A stretch of DNA of 64,000 bases from Dipteris shenzhenensis (Eukaryota): assembly GCA_047967505.1 (NCBI GenBank), contig CM106538.1. One strand, 5' to 3'. Position 1 is the first letter of the stretch. Every line of letters begins with the position of its first letter. The notes under the pieces are model-generated. The model was not told the origin of the DNA. It did not search any database and saw nothing but the letters and a program-made list of their open reading frames with translations. Both the position numbers and the translations under genes were made by a program. Shown in pieces: positions 33,374 to 47,100 of the stretch.

Positions 33374-36300
33374 GGGTGCATTCTTTGGCCAAGCTAGTGT
33401 TTATGTAACAAAATTCTCTTGTGCTACTTGTTGGAGGCAATGATAATGACAAGTACACTGCTTGCTGTGCACTAATGTGTTGAGTTTTCGATATGCCATT
33501 TTCAACCTTGCTTACTTGTTCATTTTCTGGAGCATCTACTTGCAAGCATTGGTGAGAGCTTGGTTCATTGCTTTGGCTGTGGCTTTGTCAATCTTTGTCA
33601 TGTATGAGGTGCAGTACGTTGTAGCTCCATGTGGGCTCAAAATTAACTATATATCTATGTTTGCTCCCCAACGATTGGACAATGTTGGGTTGAAATTATT
33701 CGTGTAGATGTCTTTTGGGTGTCTTTTCAAGAATTTTGTAGGCTTTGTGACACTACACCATAGTGTGAGCAAGTCTCTTCCTCAGTCATCAGTGCCAATG
33801 CACCAAGGAACATGTCAAAATCTTACAATGCAACACAATCGTTTCTAAAGCATGGCAAAAAATGTTGCAGCTATTTTTGAAAGCACTATGCACGTTTTGC
33901 ATCTTAGATTGGTTCTATTATTTTTGTTGCTCTCATTGGAGGTCGGGGGAAGTGAAAATGACAGTCTTTAATTTTCCTCTTGGACATGCTCCTGTGTTTG
34001 TGATGTTGAATGTCCTTAGGCTCACAATCAAACTTCAAAATATTTGTGGTTATGTGCTTGTCCACAAATACCTCTATTGTCTCATTAGAAACATCACCAT
34101 AGGCAGGAGCGTTTTCAACCCACAACAAACCACGATCATTTTGGCTGCCTCGATTTTGAAACTCGGTAACAAAGGAAAAAGCAGCAATTTTGCCTAGAAT
34201 AGTAGCATCTCTTTTCAATAGGTGTTTGACCCGATTGGAACTTGTGGACATTATACCTTGCTATTATGACAGGGTCATGATGAGTAAGTTCACAAATGGT
34301 GATTTCTTCAACGAGTGTCAGTGAAGCGTCAAAGGATGCAGACAATTCTACAAAGATGCAACAAGGGGTTTCCACATCTTTTCAACAGCTGCCAACAACA
34401 TCATGAAAAAGCAAAGGGAACCCAATTGCCCCAACATGGAAAATAGGTTATTTTGCAATATGTGCTTGTAATCACAATAGATGTTTTCATGCACATGAAG
34501 TCACGGTAGCCTATGTGTGATTGCAAAAGCCATTCAGCTTTTGTGTCTTATGAAACATATTTGGCAAGGATCATCTTGCCCTATAACTTGCCTTTTCTCA
34601 TGCGCACCCATGTGGATGATAGAACTTGTGCCACAAGTATTTTCTAAATTCTCTATTGAATATGCGAACCATCGGTCTTTGTTAATGAGCTCCTAGTGGG
34701 CTATGTTCTGGTACAAAGCTTGCTTAGGCAATGTATATTCTTTTGGTTGGCCATAAAAGATTGTGGGGAAAGCAAGCTCCTCATAGTGCTTGTCTTTGAA
34801 AATGCTTAATGGTGTGAAGCCTTCACAGGGGGCAATGGATATTGTCTTGTCCTCAAAGTCCACCAGTTGTTGTGTTATGTAGATCCCATGCACCAGCATG
34901 TCCGTTCTAAGGGCCTCTTCATCATTGTCATTGTCAGTGTCATTGAGAGCCTTGTGGTTAGCCACCTAGCCCAAGGTATGCATGTGCTAAAACCATAAAT
35001 GATTGAGCAAAACGCCAAACTCACGGTATAGTGGTGCCTCTAGAATCTCATAAAAGACCTTCAAGGTCCAAGTTTGGTGCACAAGACCGCTCATGTAAAT
35101 TGTGTGAGTATGAAAGTTTGCGCATCAATGCAATCATTACAGTTGCACTGTCTTCAAGGAATTGGGTGGCTTTGTCAATGTATGTGAAAACATTGGCTAT
35201 TTCTCCTCGCAAGCCATATTGGCCATCAAATGATAGTTCAATAATCTAGGCAAAGGGAATGCAAGCTGTGACAAGACATGACTTGATGTTGTTGAGCTTG
35301 CTTGTGCAAGAGGCTGCGTTCGCGAGTACCATGTTTTGCACACAAAAAAAATGGAAGCGATTCCTTACAGACTTGTCCCTTGCACAAGGTGCAAATGATT
35401 TGCTCTTCACAAGGGAAGTTAGTGGCACTTGTTGTCATTAGATCCAAGAATTTCCTGTTATAAGAAGACACACCTTGAATCTTGGACCAGAAGCACAAAG
35501 GACCACAGCAAATGCATGGGTAAGCCGGTGTGTCTTTAATATCTTGAAGGCATCTTGCTGTATTACGGGTGACAGTTGTGTGCCTTGTACTCTTTGGCAC
35601 CTTGTGGCCTTGTTGCCTTTATGGCCATTGCAAGATGTCAAGTTTCCTCTTGTTTTCGCTGACGCCGTATGTGTGTGATATATTTTTTTGGAAACGTTTT
35701 GCAAAGAGCGATTGTTCTCAAGATGCAATTCTATGTATTGCATAGCGATGTTTTTTGCACTTACATCTAGGGCATTTTCTATCAAGGTAGCTAGTGTTGC
35801 CTCGTGGTGTGCATCCCATGTAACATATCACTATTTAAGTTGTTTCAGGAAAACAAGAGCAACCTCAGCGGGGCTGGCTAGCTCATTGATTAGCAAATCA
35901 TGAGTTCACCAAGAAGGCATGGCTGGCATATTAAAAATAGACCATACACTCGCATTGTCATGGAAAAGGACTCCAAAAGAACACTCCAACACCACGCTAA
36001 AATGAGACAAGCAACAATCCTTGTTCCTGGGTTATACGAGGGGGAATTTGGTGACTAGGCTCCTGGGTCATATAAATGATTTCCTCCCCTTCTTGGATTG
36101 GCCTCTTTAGACTGTGTTCTTGGCATATTTTCTTGCTTCTTCCTCCTACTGTCTCCTTAGCTTGGGTTACTATTGTTATAGGAGAGCATCTACTCTTGCT
36201 TCTGTTTGGCCTCTACTTCTTCCATTTCCTACTGGCTTGTTTGCTCCTCTCTCCTTTCTTGGGTGATGGCTTGGTAGGAGTTGTCTTTCTTGTTGGTGCT

Positions 36301-36999
36301 GAGAGTAATGCACAGCAGTCTTTAGCCATGTCCTTGTACCCTTTTTGGAATCACATCATTGGAAACAGTGGTGGATTATGGGCAGGAGGAACATGGGACT
36401 GCCAATCTTTTCCCTCGAGTATGTACAAAAATTGACAATCCCCCTATAAAAATGATTGGCCCAATTAGTCTCCTCTCTCTAGCTTATGGAGAAGCACCGA
36501 TAGATTTGGGAGTATCACACTATGATGCTCTGTGTGCTAAATTTGGGTGAGGAGAATGATCACTCGAGTTGCTTTTGCCAATGTTGCATTCTTGATCAAA
36601 CTGATAGGATGCCACCCCTATGAATTTTACTATTTTATTCAACCAAGCCTTCAAGCTGCTTATCCATTCCACATAGTGTCACATAAGGCTTGGTGACATG
36701 GGGGAGCCCAAGGGCATGGTGGATCATCTTTTCCATAAACTGGTAGAAATGGTACTCCCCATCCGCATGGAGCTAGCTAGTGGAGCTTGAGGAGTTATTG
36801 AATTTATCCACAAAATCGTAGATTCAAGTGGCAAGGAAACCTATCGTCCACCGTATGAAGCCCATTGCTTGGATAAGTGGTACCACTTCCGGCTCTTGTA
36901 GTTCCTGGTATGCTTTTGCATTGTGGTGCATTTGAATTGTGAGTGGGTAACCACTCCTTGGATTCTTTTCGAGCATTACTTTTTTGAACCCGAACCAAC

Positions 37000-37431
37000 T
37001 GTAGGATCGCCAAATGTGTTCAAGGTGGTTATACCTAGATTACTTCTACATTAGACTTAAGACAAACACTTCCCATTAAGTATTCAGACACAGAGTCAGA
37101 ACTATATCAAACAGAAGTCGGAATAGATAATTATTCAATGGCGCATTGGAAATAGCAGATATAGATCAGAAAGTGTCTCCTTATATTCATCATTATCAGA
37201 TCATAGAAAAAGAGTAGTATTGAACTAGTAAACTGAGCATCATTACAATCTGATCAATCTTTGATTCTCGTGAGACTATAGAGACTAATAAGCACGAGCA
37301 TAGAAGTTACATGCAAATAGCTGAATAATTATTTTTAGTATGCTGACTATGACAACTAATAGCCAAGAGTACTACTTAGGAGTACTACTTAGGACTAGAG
37401 CTAGTTATAGGTGCCTAGCTAACCCCTAACA
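37000..37431. repeat. probable LTR
   Basis: TGTAGG...CCTAACA termini; right end abuts a gypsy RT that begins mid-domain; no partner LTR or TSD found. Confidence 0.45.
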
Positions 37432-39650
37432 GATATAGAAACTAATCGATGCAGGTTTCACCTATGAGATTAAGCATATGGACTAGGTATCTCCCATCAT
37501 CATAATTCTAAAAAATAATGGCAAGATCAAAGTATGCATGGATCTCAAAAAGGTAAATGTTGCAACTCATAAAGACCACTACTTGCTGCACTTTATGAAG
37601 CATGTTTTTGGAAAGATTCACTAGAAAGGAAGCCTATAGCTTCTTAAATAGTTCTTTTGATATAACCAAGTGTCTATCACACCAAAGGATTAGCACAAAA
37701 CCACGTTTTCCACTAAATGGGGAGTTTATGCTGCCAACGTGATGCTCTTCGGGCTGATGATCATGGCTTTGGGCTTAGGAGATTGGACATGGCTCCATAT
37801 CAATTAATAGACATACAACTCTACAAATGGGGAAGGATGGCATAATGTGACACTGTGTTTGGGAGGATGAATTTTCGGAGGTCTTAGAGAAAGCTCATTC
37901 GGGCATTGCAAGGGGTCCTTTTGCTAGAGAGCTTATGGCCCATAAGGTACTGCAACCCGGCCCATGCTCTTCATAGATTTTACTGAGCTAGTTAAGCATT
38001 TTGACCGCTACTAGTGAGTCTCCATACTCCACATCCAAGATTGCATGCCTCTGACCACATTCTTATAGATCATCTCCTTGAAAAGTGGGGTATTGATTTT
38101 TTAGGACCAATTAGTCCAGCCGCTAAAGGAACCCAAGCTCGATATATTATAGTGGCCATAGATTATTTTACAAAGTGGGCAGAAGCCAAGGCCACCAAGA
38201 AAGATGCGAGGAAAACTGCTATGTTCCTATATGAGAATGTAATATCACAATTCGGCCTCCCATTGGAAATTGTGAGTGATCGTGGAACACACTTTTTTAA
38301 TGATATGATTCGCATACTGATGAGTGAGTTCCTCATCGTTCACCAAAAATCCACACCTTGCTACCCTCAAGCTAATCTCGGGGGATTCACCTCCAAAACA
38401 TTTAGTGTACCACGTGCATTCAAAAGGAGGGGTATTTTAATCCCACTTTTGGGAAAATTTTAATATGATTACAAAAAGGGGTTTTTAAATTTAACTTTAG
38501 AAAAAAATCCGTTAGTTCATTAGTAAAGCGGGGTGGTTTTATTGGGAGAAAATTTTAGTTGAGGGGTTTTAAAAATACCCCTTGACCGCACGTGGTACCT
38601 AAGATTTCTTAATAGTGCAGCCCCAAAGAATCTAATGGACAAGAAAAGAGCTCAAACAAGACCTTGTGCCACACAATGATGTGCACAATAGAAGTCATCC
38701 ATAATGATTGGGAACATATACTCGTCACAGCACTCTACTCCTATCGAATGACATATAAGGTTGCTACCAAATGCACACCCTTTAGCCAATCGTTTGGGGT
38801 AGAAGTAGTCATGCCTATGGAATTCATAGTTTTGAGCCTCAGAGTTGCAATAAGAGACCGAATATACGATGAGGCAATTCCAAAAAGGCTAGTTAAGCTT
38901 GAAAAGCTTGACGAGACAAGGTTGAGAGAGGCATATGGCATAAAGGTTGAAAAACTATGCCACAAAAGTGTTTTGACAACAATATCTGGAATAAGGACTT
39001 TAAAAAAGGGGACCGTGCATTACTATATAGTGTAAGAACACGAATGATAAATTGAAATATCGAGATATGGGTCCATACCGAGTTGTGGAAATCACACCCC
39101 AAGGGTCATGCTGAATCGCAACCCTTGATGGCATTGAGATGGATGGATACATCAATGGCAGTAAGTTCAAATGCTAATATGGCCCCTTAATGATCCAAAT
39201 GCTACAAGCCATCCATAACAAAAAAGATCTCAAGAAGGATGTTGCTCTATGAAATGACAAGCAATAGAGGAATGTTGGGCTCGCCAAGCTAAAGCAAAAA
39301 TCTTAAGGCTAATAAGGCATCTGTGGAAGGGTTGAACCCCATGGATGATCTCACTATTTCCCCAGCTAGGGTACAAGAGGAATTCCAACTATGCAGGTAA
39401 ACCACTTGCTTTGTAGAATCCTTCATCGTTCAACCTCGGTGCAAGTCATAACTGGATATCATACGAGATGTGCACCCAGATCTTGACATTTAAGGTAACC
39501 CTGGAACCTACATCTGTCATCATGATACATGTAGTGAACGGAAAAATATCACCCAAAATAGATTGTGTGGAATTACCCATATCAGTAAAAAATCATAGCA
39601 TGGCTAGTAGATGTTATGTTATGACTGCAGATGCTATGGATGAACAGGTA
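37432..39650 (+). mobile_element. Ty3/gypsy element 2, degenerate RT fragment, integrase and post-integrase region
   Basis: KLIDAGF...VSPIII..KIKVCMDLKKVN; integrase EKWGIDFLGPI...IDYFTKWAEA...EIVSDRGTHF...YPQANGQ...YRMTYKVATKCTPF; GPY motif near 39070. Confidence 0.88.
38377..38631. mobile_element. ~255-bp MITE-like insertion in gypsy 2 integrase
   Basis: Imperfect long TIRs sharing GTACCACGTGC..TCAA..GGGGTATTTT; CTAAT repeated on both sides; removal restores YPQANGQEKSSNK. Confidence 0.8.
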
Positions 39651-39664
39651 ATCCCTACGCTCAC

Positions 39665-41160
39665 ATGCAGTTTCATATCATCACATTACCTGAAACCTAA
39701 CGTTTATCAGTTCAGTGAGCAAGTTTTAGAGTATTCAAAAGCATTAAACGATTGCTCGATGGGCAAATAGAACATGATTTGATTTCACACACATATGCCA
39801 TCATTGTAAAGCCTATTTGGCTATTTCACAGCATTTGTGCACATCATTTTGAGCCTTGTAAAGCATCTTGGCTATTCTCGGCATCATTTGCCACAAGCCT
39901 TGTAATAGATTGGATTATATATTGAAGTTCTACCTTCACCGACAGTTTCGATTTCACTTGGCACAGACAGTGTTTTGCAATTGATTCAGACAGTGATTTC
40001 ACAGATACTTTGAGTACATTTCTTGCATCATGTCTACAACTAGCAACCTCAATCTAGAGGCATCTGCTAAGCTAGACAACTCCAATTATGGCACATGGAA
40101 ATATCGAATGGAGACCATTCTTGTACTTTAGGACAGATGGGGGTATGCCGATGGATCTACACCTAGACCAATGGATGATCCAACTAGTAGTAGCTCTACT
40201 CCACCTATTGTCACATCACCAATAGCGGGATCTATAGCTATACAAACAGTTTCCCTACCAGATCCTACCATTGCCTAAGCACAGGCAGAATGGGACAAGA
40301 AAGACAAGTATGCATATCATCTGATCAAGAAGAATGTGCAAGATGTCATGCTAGGACACCTCAACACCGTCAAGACATCAAAAGAAGCATGGGATATGTT
40401 TGCAGCTCTCTACGAGTCTAAGAACATTTCCAAGTTTCTCACACTGAGAGACTATGAATCCTGTAGAAATGGTTCAAGTCATCCTGAACGGACTAGGAGA
40501 GGGATACGAGAATCTAGTCCAGAGTATTGCCATCCAACAGCATATTCCAACAAGGTTGTCAAACAAACAACCAATCATTTTTTTGTCTTTGATTCAAGCA
40601 AAATATAGGGCACTCACTACAGGTGCATGTGAGGCTATATGGCTGAGAAGACTATTGTCAGAAACAGATTACTTTGATGAATCAAAGCCAACAACAATAT
40701 ACTGTGATAATCAATCAACTCAAGTGTTGGCCAAGAATCTAGTATATCACTCCAAGACAAAGCACATTGATGTTAGAGAGCACTTCATCTGAGAAAGAGC
40801 GTTACTTAGTGACATCACACTGCAGCATTGTGATAGCAAAGAGTATGTTGCAGACATCTTTACCAAACCACTTGGTAAAGAGCTTTTCGAGAAACACCGA
40901 CAAGCTCTTGGTTTGATGCAGAGGAAGGACATTACCATTAAAAGGGTGTGATGGAATGTAATGTTTAGTCCTTTGATTCCCCATAATCATCATCTTGAGG
41001 GAAGGCCTACTTCATGATGTTGATCTTGAGGGAGGATGTTGAGAGGCCACGCTCAACATCATGTGATTACATGTGCATAGCACTAACACATATAGAGTGC
41101 TATAAAGGAAAGGGTTAGATGCCCTAACCCTAAATGGGTTTTTATATATTCTGCATTTTC
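39665..41160 (+). mobile_element. internally deleted copia C (gag joined directly to RNase H)
   Basis: gag from 40030 (KLDNSNYGTWKYRM, KEAWDMF, VILNGLGEGYENLV), then KYRALTTGACEAIWLRRLL...IYCDNQS...KTKHID...ADIFTKPL; PPT TGAGGGAGGA and 3' LTR start TGTTGAGA at 41037. Confidence 0.85.
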
Positions 41161-44100
41161 AACCGGCATCTTTTAATACTGTGGGCCACCATAATCTAGC
41201 CTACAAGATTTTCTTGCCCGTGATATCACCTGAGAAGTGGCCTCCTACTGGCCCTCCATGTGCTCCATGTGCCTCTGCTAACACAGCTTTTTGCTCATGG
41301 TCTTGGACACACATTCTGATGACCTGGTCAATGCCTCTTTTGCACAACACTCCACCAATAATAAGGAAAGGTCTACTTTGCAATACTAACTTCTTTCTTT
41401 GATTCCTATTCGATTAGTCCATCAGTAAGAAAAAATAACATCTTGTCATACCAGTTTGGAGGTTTTTCTATGCTTACCATAAATATACCTGCATCAGGGA
41501 GTTCATATGGGATGCCAGTCAGAGCTTCTCCTGGCTGTAGTCTGCTCAAATAATCAGCTGTGGCATGCTATTTTCCTGGTCTATGTACCACAGTGTAATC
41601 AAACTCCTATAACAAAAGCATCCATCTTGCGAGCCTTCTTATTAGTTGCTATTTATTGACCAAATAAATCAAAGCCTAGTGGTCAACATGAAAACTTACC
41701 TTATTAGCCAATAAATAATGCCTAAACTTATGAAATGCATAAATCATAACTAGTGCCTCTCTTTCTATGACTACATAGTTTCTCTCATGTTTGGTTAAGA
41801 TCCTACTTGCATAGTAGAGAGGTTTAAACCATTTTGGTGTTTTCTATTGCACTAGGATTGCACCAACTGCTGAATCTGAAGCATCCACAAATACTTCAAA
41901 AGGAAGAGAAAAATCAGGGGGTTGTAGGATAGGTGCCACCATAAGCATCTTTTTCAAAATGTTGAATGCATATTCTTGAGGATTTCTCCATATGAATGGT
42001 TCTATATCTCTAGTCAACTTTGTGAGAGGATAACAAATATCTGCAAGGTATCTTAGAAATCTGCAATGCCATTTGATTTGGCCTATAAATCTTTAAAGTT
42101 GTTTGATGTTTTTTGGGCTTTTGCATTTTGAATTGCTGAAACCTTGTTAGGATCAATCTCCATACCTTGTTGGGAGATAATATGTCCTAGTAGTATTCCC
42201 CTACTACCAGCAAAAGCACACTTTGCTAGATTTAAACTGAGACCAGCAAATGTGCATCTGGCAAAGCATAATGCTAAGTGATTCAAGTGTTCCACCATCT
42301 TTCCAAAAACTAAGAAATCATCCAAAAATACCTCATGAAGGATGTCAGGTACTCTGCAAATACCTCTTGTATATATTTTTGAAAAGTAGGTGGGGCATTC
42401 TTCAGTCCAAAAGTCATCACATTGGATGCAAACACACCCCATTCTATGACAAAAGCAATTTTATCCCTATCTTCTAGAGCCATTCTGATTTGGTTGTACC
42501 CACTGAAGCCATCCAAAAACTGTAAATTTCATGTCCAGCTACAGCATCAAGCAATGAATCACAAAATGGTAGTGGGAATGGATCGGTGATAGTGGTTGCA
42601 TTTAATTTTCTATAGTCTATATGGATTCTCAGTTTCCCATTTTTCTTTGGAACAATGACAATAGGAGATAACCATGTGAGATGTGTCAGGGGATATATGA
42701 AACCAACTCTTAATAACTTGTCAATATCCTCTTTGACTATCTTGGCATAATTTGGATTCATTCTATATCTGCTTTGTATGATTGGTATTGCATCAATTTT
42801 CAGATTCATTCTATGTTGGCAGAACTTAGGATCTACCCCCTTCATATCAATGTAGTTCCATGCAAAAATATCTTTGTACTACATCAATAATTCTTTGAGT
42901 GCCATTTTAAAAGGTGGAGAGAGATTTGTGCTTACCATAACTGGTTGTGGGTTGTCAGTGTTTCCCAAGTTCATCTCCTGCAAGTCATCCTGCCTGACCC
43001 TGGCACTTTTTTGCATATGTTCTTCAAATTGTATTTATGCTTCCATGATTGCCTCATCTATTGATTTAGAAGTGATATCCCCTGGTGCATCATCTGTGCT
43101 TGCATCAATAGCCTCTGTTGTGTATTTTTCTGTGAAAACCTGATCCGATTGGTTTTCGACTTTGTTCTGTTCTATAGCAGTCAGATCTGTGTCAAAATGT
43201 CATATTTGCTGATTTGGACTTATATATTGATCAATACTCTTAATAATATCAATCTCAAAAATAGGAAATACAGTGGGGTTTCTTCTAAAGAAAATTTCTT
43301 CCTCATCTTCATCAAAATTTGGAATCATATTGATTTCCTCTGCTTGAAGTGGTTGTGTTTTTCTTGGAAAACACCTTCTAGAGGATAGGTTGATCTTGAC
43401 TTTTCTTTTTCCTTTCCTGATAGTGATTCTCTGAGCCCCAGTCTTGCTTGACCTTGGCAACTCTTAACCATGGCCTACCCAATAGCATTGAGTAAGCAGA
43501 ATCCTTTTCCTCCATTTTAAGCACTACAAATGTGACTGTGAATGTTAGTCCCATAATTGTAATCTCTTGCCCTCTCAATATTCCAAGAGGTTGGATTCTC
43601 CTTTGGTCAGCCATCCTCACGTGGAATGGTGCTCGAACCAATTCATTGCAACAAAATTTTTTGAATATATCCTCTGATAGGATATTGACACCTGAGCCTC
43701 CACCATCAACCAAAACTTCTGGAATCCTCTGCCTTTTGTAGTCTACATCAATGAGTGGTACTTGGTAGTCCACATCTTCAATTGTTGATGTGTAAATATC
43801 TAGAGTTTCCTCCTCATCATTACTTGGTTGTTGAGCTTTTGTAGGATGTGACTCTTCTGGATGCAATCTCTTACAAATTTGTTGTTTGAAAGCTGGAACT
43901 AAGTTTAGTAGTTGACAAGAGTAATTTGTACCTTGGAGTCCATTAATTCTTGGAAAAAGAGTGTGTTGTCTTCATTTTGCATGCTTGTGTCTTGTTGCAT
44001 CTCTTGGGCCCTTGTCATAGTATCCTCACTTCCTGGAGTTGTTTTGGCATGTATCATAGTTTGTGGTTTTGTCTATGTAGTCGTATTCTATAATTCTAGG

Positions 44101-47100
44101 AACTCTGGATCTCTTTCGACTTGAGAGTTTTTTTTCTATTTTGGAGTCGTATTTTGACTTGAGTAAGCACTTTCTATATGTTGGCTCTTCCCTGGAATCT
44201 ATGTTGATGTATTGCTACTGCTATAGCTTGATTTTGGTGTTGTTGTTGTATTGCAAGCAGACTGTCTTCTTCAAACTGTAGTCGGCTCTGTTTGTACTAT
44301 ATTATCCCTTTGCCTCTGTTAGTCAAGTGTTCTTTTCTGACATCTTGTGAGGTGTTGTTCTCTAGCACTTGTTGCAATGCTTTGTTCCTGGTCTCAGTTT
44401 GATTTGGCCATTTCATTGGCTTGGCTGTTTCCCTTGGGGCATCTCCTAGCCCTGGTAATGGCTTTGTATTCTTGGACCTTGTAACTACCAAAGCCTGAAT
44501 ATTTATTTGATTGCGTTGATTTTTGTGGTTGTACTCCTGATTGATGGGTTTTGGATTGACCATATGTACTCTTGGAGGAGGCTGTTGCTGGTGATTTTGA
44601 TTGGTCTTTCCGTCATATTGAACAATGGGTATACCTCTTTCCTCCCTGTGCTTGCACCAAAGCTCACATGATGGACCTTGCCTATGGCCATCAATACCAT
44701 AGTAGGTGTAAGCTTGGTCTTGCATTTGCCTCTGCTGCTGTTGGCTCCCCCATGGTTGTTGATTGGGCTTTCTTGGGGCTGCATTTTGATACCTTTGTTG
44801 TGTTGGTCTTGCCACTGCTATTTGATTAGCAGATATTACTGGTGCTTGATTATGTTGTTGCTAAATGTAAGGTGGTACTCTCCCTCTGTAATTGGGGTTC
44901 TACTAGCATCTCTCTTTGTCATGATTGTCCTTTTTGCAGAATTCACATGGAACCTTTTGTGGTTGTGGGGGTGGCTTTAAGCTTTGCAGCTTATCTTTAA
45001 TCATCTTCTCCAACTTGGAGATTTTGTCTAATGTCTTTTTTGTTGTGGATTTTTCTTTCAGCTTTTGCTTTTTCTCTTTCTTCTTTTTCTAGGAGTGTTC
45101 CTCATCATCCTCATCATTTTCTGATGAGTCATCTTCCTCATCTTCAATATCTTCTTCTGCTTCACTATCTGTGTCTATCTCTGAGTATGTTTTTGAATCT
45201 GAATGTCTTTTGTACCAAGTCTTCTCTCTTCCCTCTAGGAAGCTTCCACCATATTGTTAAAATCATTTGCTCCTCCAAGCTGGTCCCTGCCAGCTACTGC
45301 AGTTCTCAGTTCCTTGTTTAATCCTATGCAAAAATAGTCTCCCAGTTGCTCCTGGGTGGGTCTTTGGTTTGTTGTTAGCCTTCTGTTGAGGTTTCTAAAC
45401 ATCTGTGACTAGTCCTCAACCATGAGGTCTTTTTGTTTCATTGTTCTCAGTTTTTTCAAGATGTCCTCTGGTGTTTTTTCTTTCCTAAAATGACTTAAGA
45501 CAGCAATCTTTAATTCATCATAAGTGGCAAAATGTGCAAGACCATACTGCATAAACCAATTCATTGCTTGACCATTGAATGTTGCTATAAATTGCTCCTT
45601 GTTGGTATCATCTGGCAGTTGTCCAAATCCACTAGCTGTCCACCTTGTCTCAAATTGGCCAACATGGTTGTCAAGGTCTTGACCTTTCTTGCTAGTAAAC
45701 TTTGCAGCTTCGACCAATGGGTTCTCCATTTTTTGCTAAGCTACTGCTGGAGCTTGAACTTTGACAAGCTTCTTCTTCTTTGGAGGTGGTGGGAGGGGAT
45801 TGAAATTCAATTGTTTTCTTGCAGTCACAAAGACACTGGTTGCAATATTAGTGGCAAGTGTTCTGTGTAGTAATTCCTATGTTGGAGTGAGTAGCATTAA
45901 CCTTGCTAGCTCAGTTTTTGCCTCTTGCACCTCTTGGCTATGTAGGGAATTATCAGAGGAACTTGTCCCACTAGGGATATAATTAGGGTCATGAAAGATA
46001 TCCTCTGGATCATTTATTTGGGAAGCAGCCTCTACCTGAGCTCTATTTCTTGTAAAATATGCAATACCAGTATGGCGAGGCAACGTTTCTCTTCGAATCT
46101 ATCTGACATGGGCTAGTCATGCCATGAAAGGGAAGGAGAGAGGTGTGATTATAGTAGCTTATCAGGTGGTCAGAATGCGTTGCTGTTAGCTAAGCTTTGC
46201 ATGCTGCTTTCATAGTGAAACTATGATGTTAGTGTTGTGATCTTCTGTGCTGACCGTGATGCACTGTGCTTGTTTTTGTGTCTTGTTGATGTTGTTGTCG
46301 TACGTCGCTATTCCAATAGGATTCCGACTGTCAGCTATCTTTGCTTGTTGTTGCTTTTGTCGAGGTCTTTCTATGTGAGTTGTGGCTTGAAGCTTTGAGC
46401 CTTTCTGGATTGAAACAATTGCGCCTACAGTTGATGTTTAATGACAACTATATTGAGCCTCGTCAAAGCTCGTTTTGGCGGAGTATTGCTTTACAATACG
46501 TGCTTTACAATACGGATGTGCACGTATTGCTAAATTATCCCTGTGAGGTCTTCCTCTACTAGTAGTGTATTCACTAGGATAGAGTTTCAGGCAACGTGTA
46601 AGTTGCTTAAATATTTCCTTCCTAGCATTTGAGCTTTGCTCAAGTACTACTACTTTCCTACACTAGCTACTACATGCGGTTTACGATGTTGTTTGTAATC
46701 GTTGGCATATTCGCTAGCTTTGTGCATGCAAGTGTGATCCTACGATGTGTTGGAAGCTTTGATGTTTTCGAAGTTGCGGATTGTATGTTTCTTTGTTGTT
46801 GTAAAACATCGTAATCGACAATGTCGCTTGTTTCGCTTTGAGCGAAAATTGGCAATTCTGAGTAGGAATGTTGATAGGATCTCCAATAGTGTTTAGAGTG
46901 TCTTCAAACAAGTGAAAAACACAAACACGTCTCCACTCTTGACAATAAGGTGCCAGCAGTGGGAGTATAATCGGAAAGTAATCGGACAACAAAGCTATCA
47001 TGAGATGTATAAAAAGAACAAAGAAAACCTTGCAAAGGTAGTATGTTTCTTGTATATTATGTTTTAGCAGAGAATACATCAACTCAACAACTCTCTCTTC

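Larger units (their letters stand above)
27220..35800 (-). mobile_element. Helitron2/Helentron-type rolling-circle transposon (Rep + Pif1 helicase + AP endonuclease), degenerate and interrupted twice
   Basis: PCICCG (35500s); GQYGLRGEIANV (35200s); SIAPCEGFTPLSIFKDKHYEELAFPTIFYG (34700s); Rep motif EFQNRGS..GLLW (~34150); NIDI..YCTSYMTK and ISAQQAVY (33450-33670); DPENHF..LLYLPF (~30420); Pif1 GGTTIH, LIVIDKISLV, PFCGVDIIFCEDLCQ (28297-28749); DGLVNGADG; EEP motifs GLATYYK, IVGDFN, GSMLNHIW, GSD (27250-27680). Confidence 0.85.
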
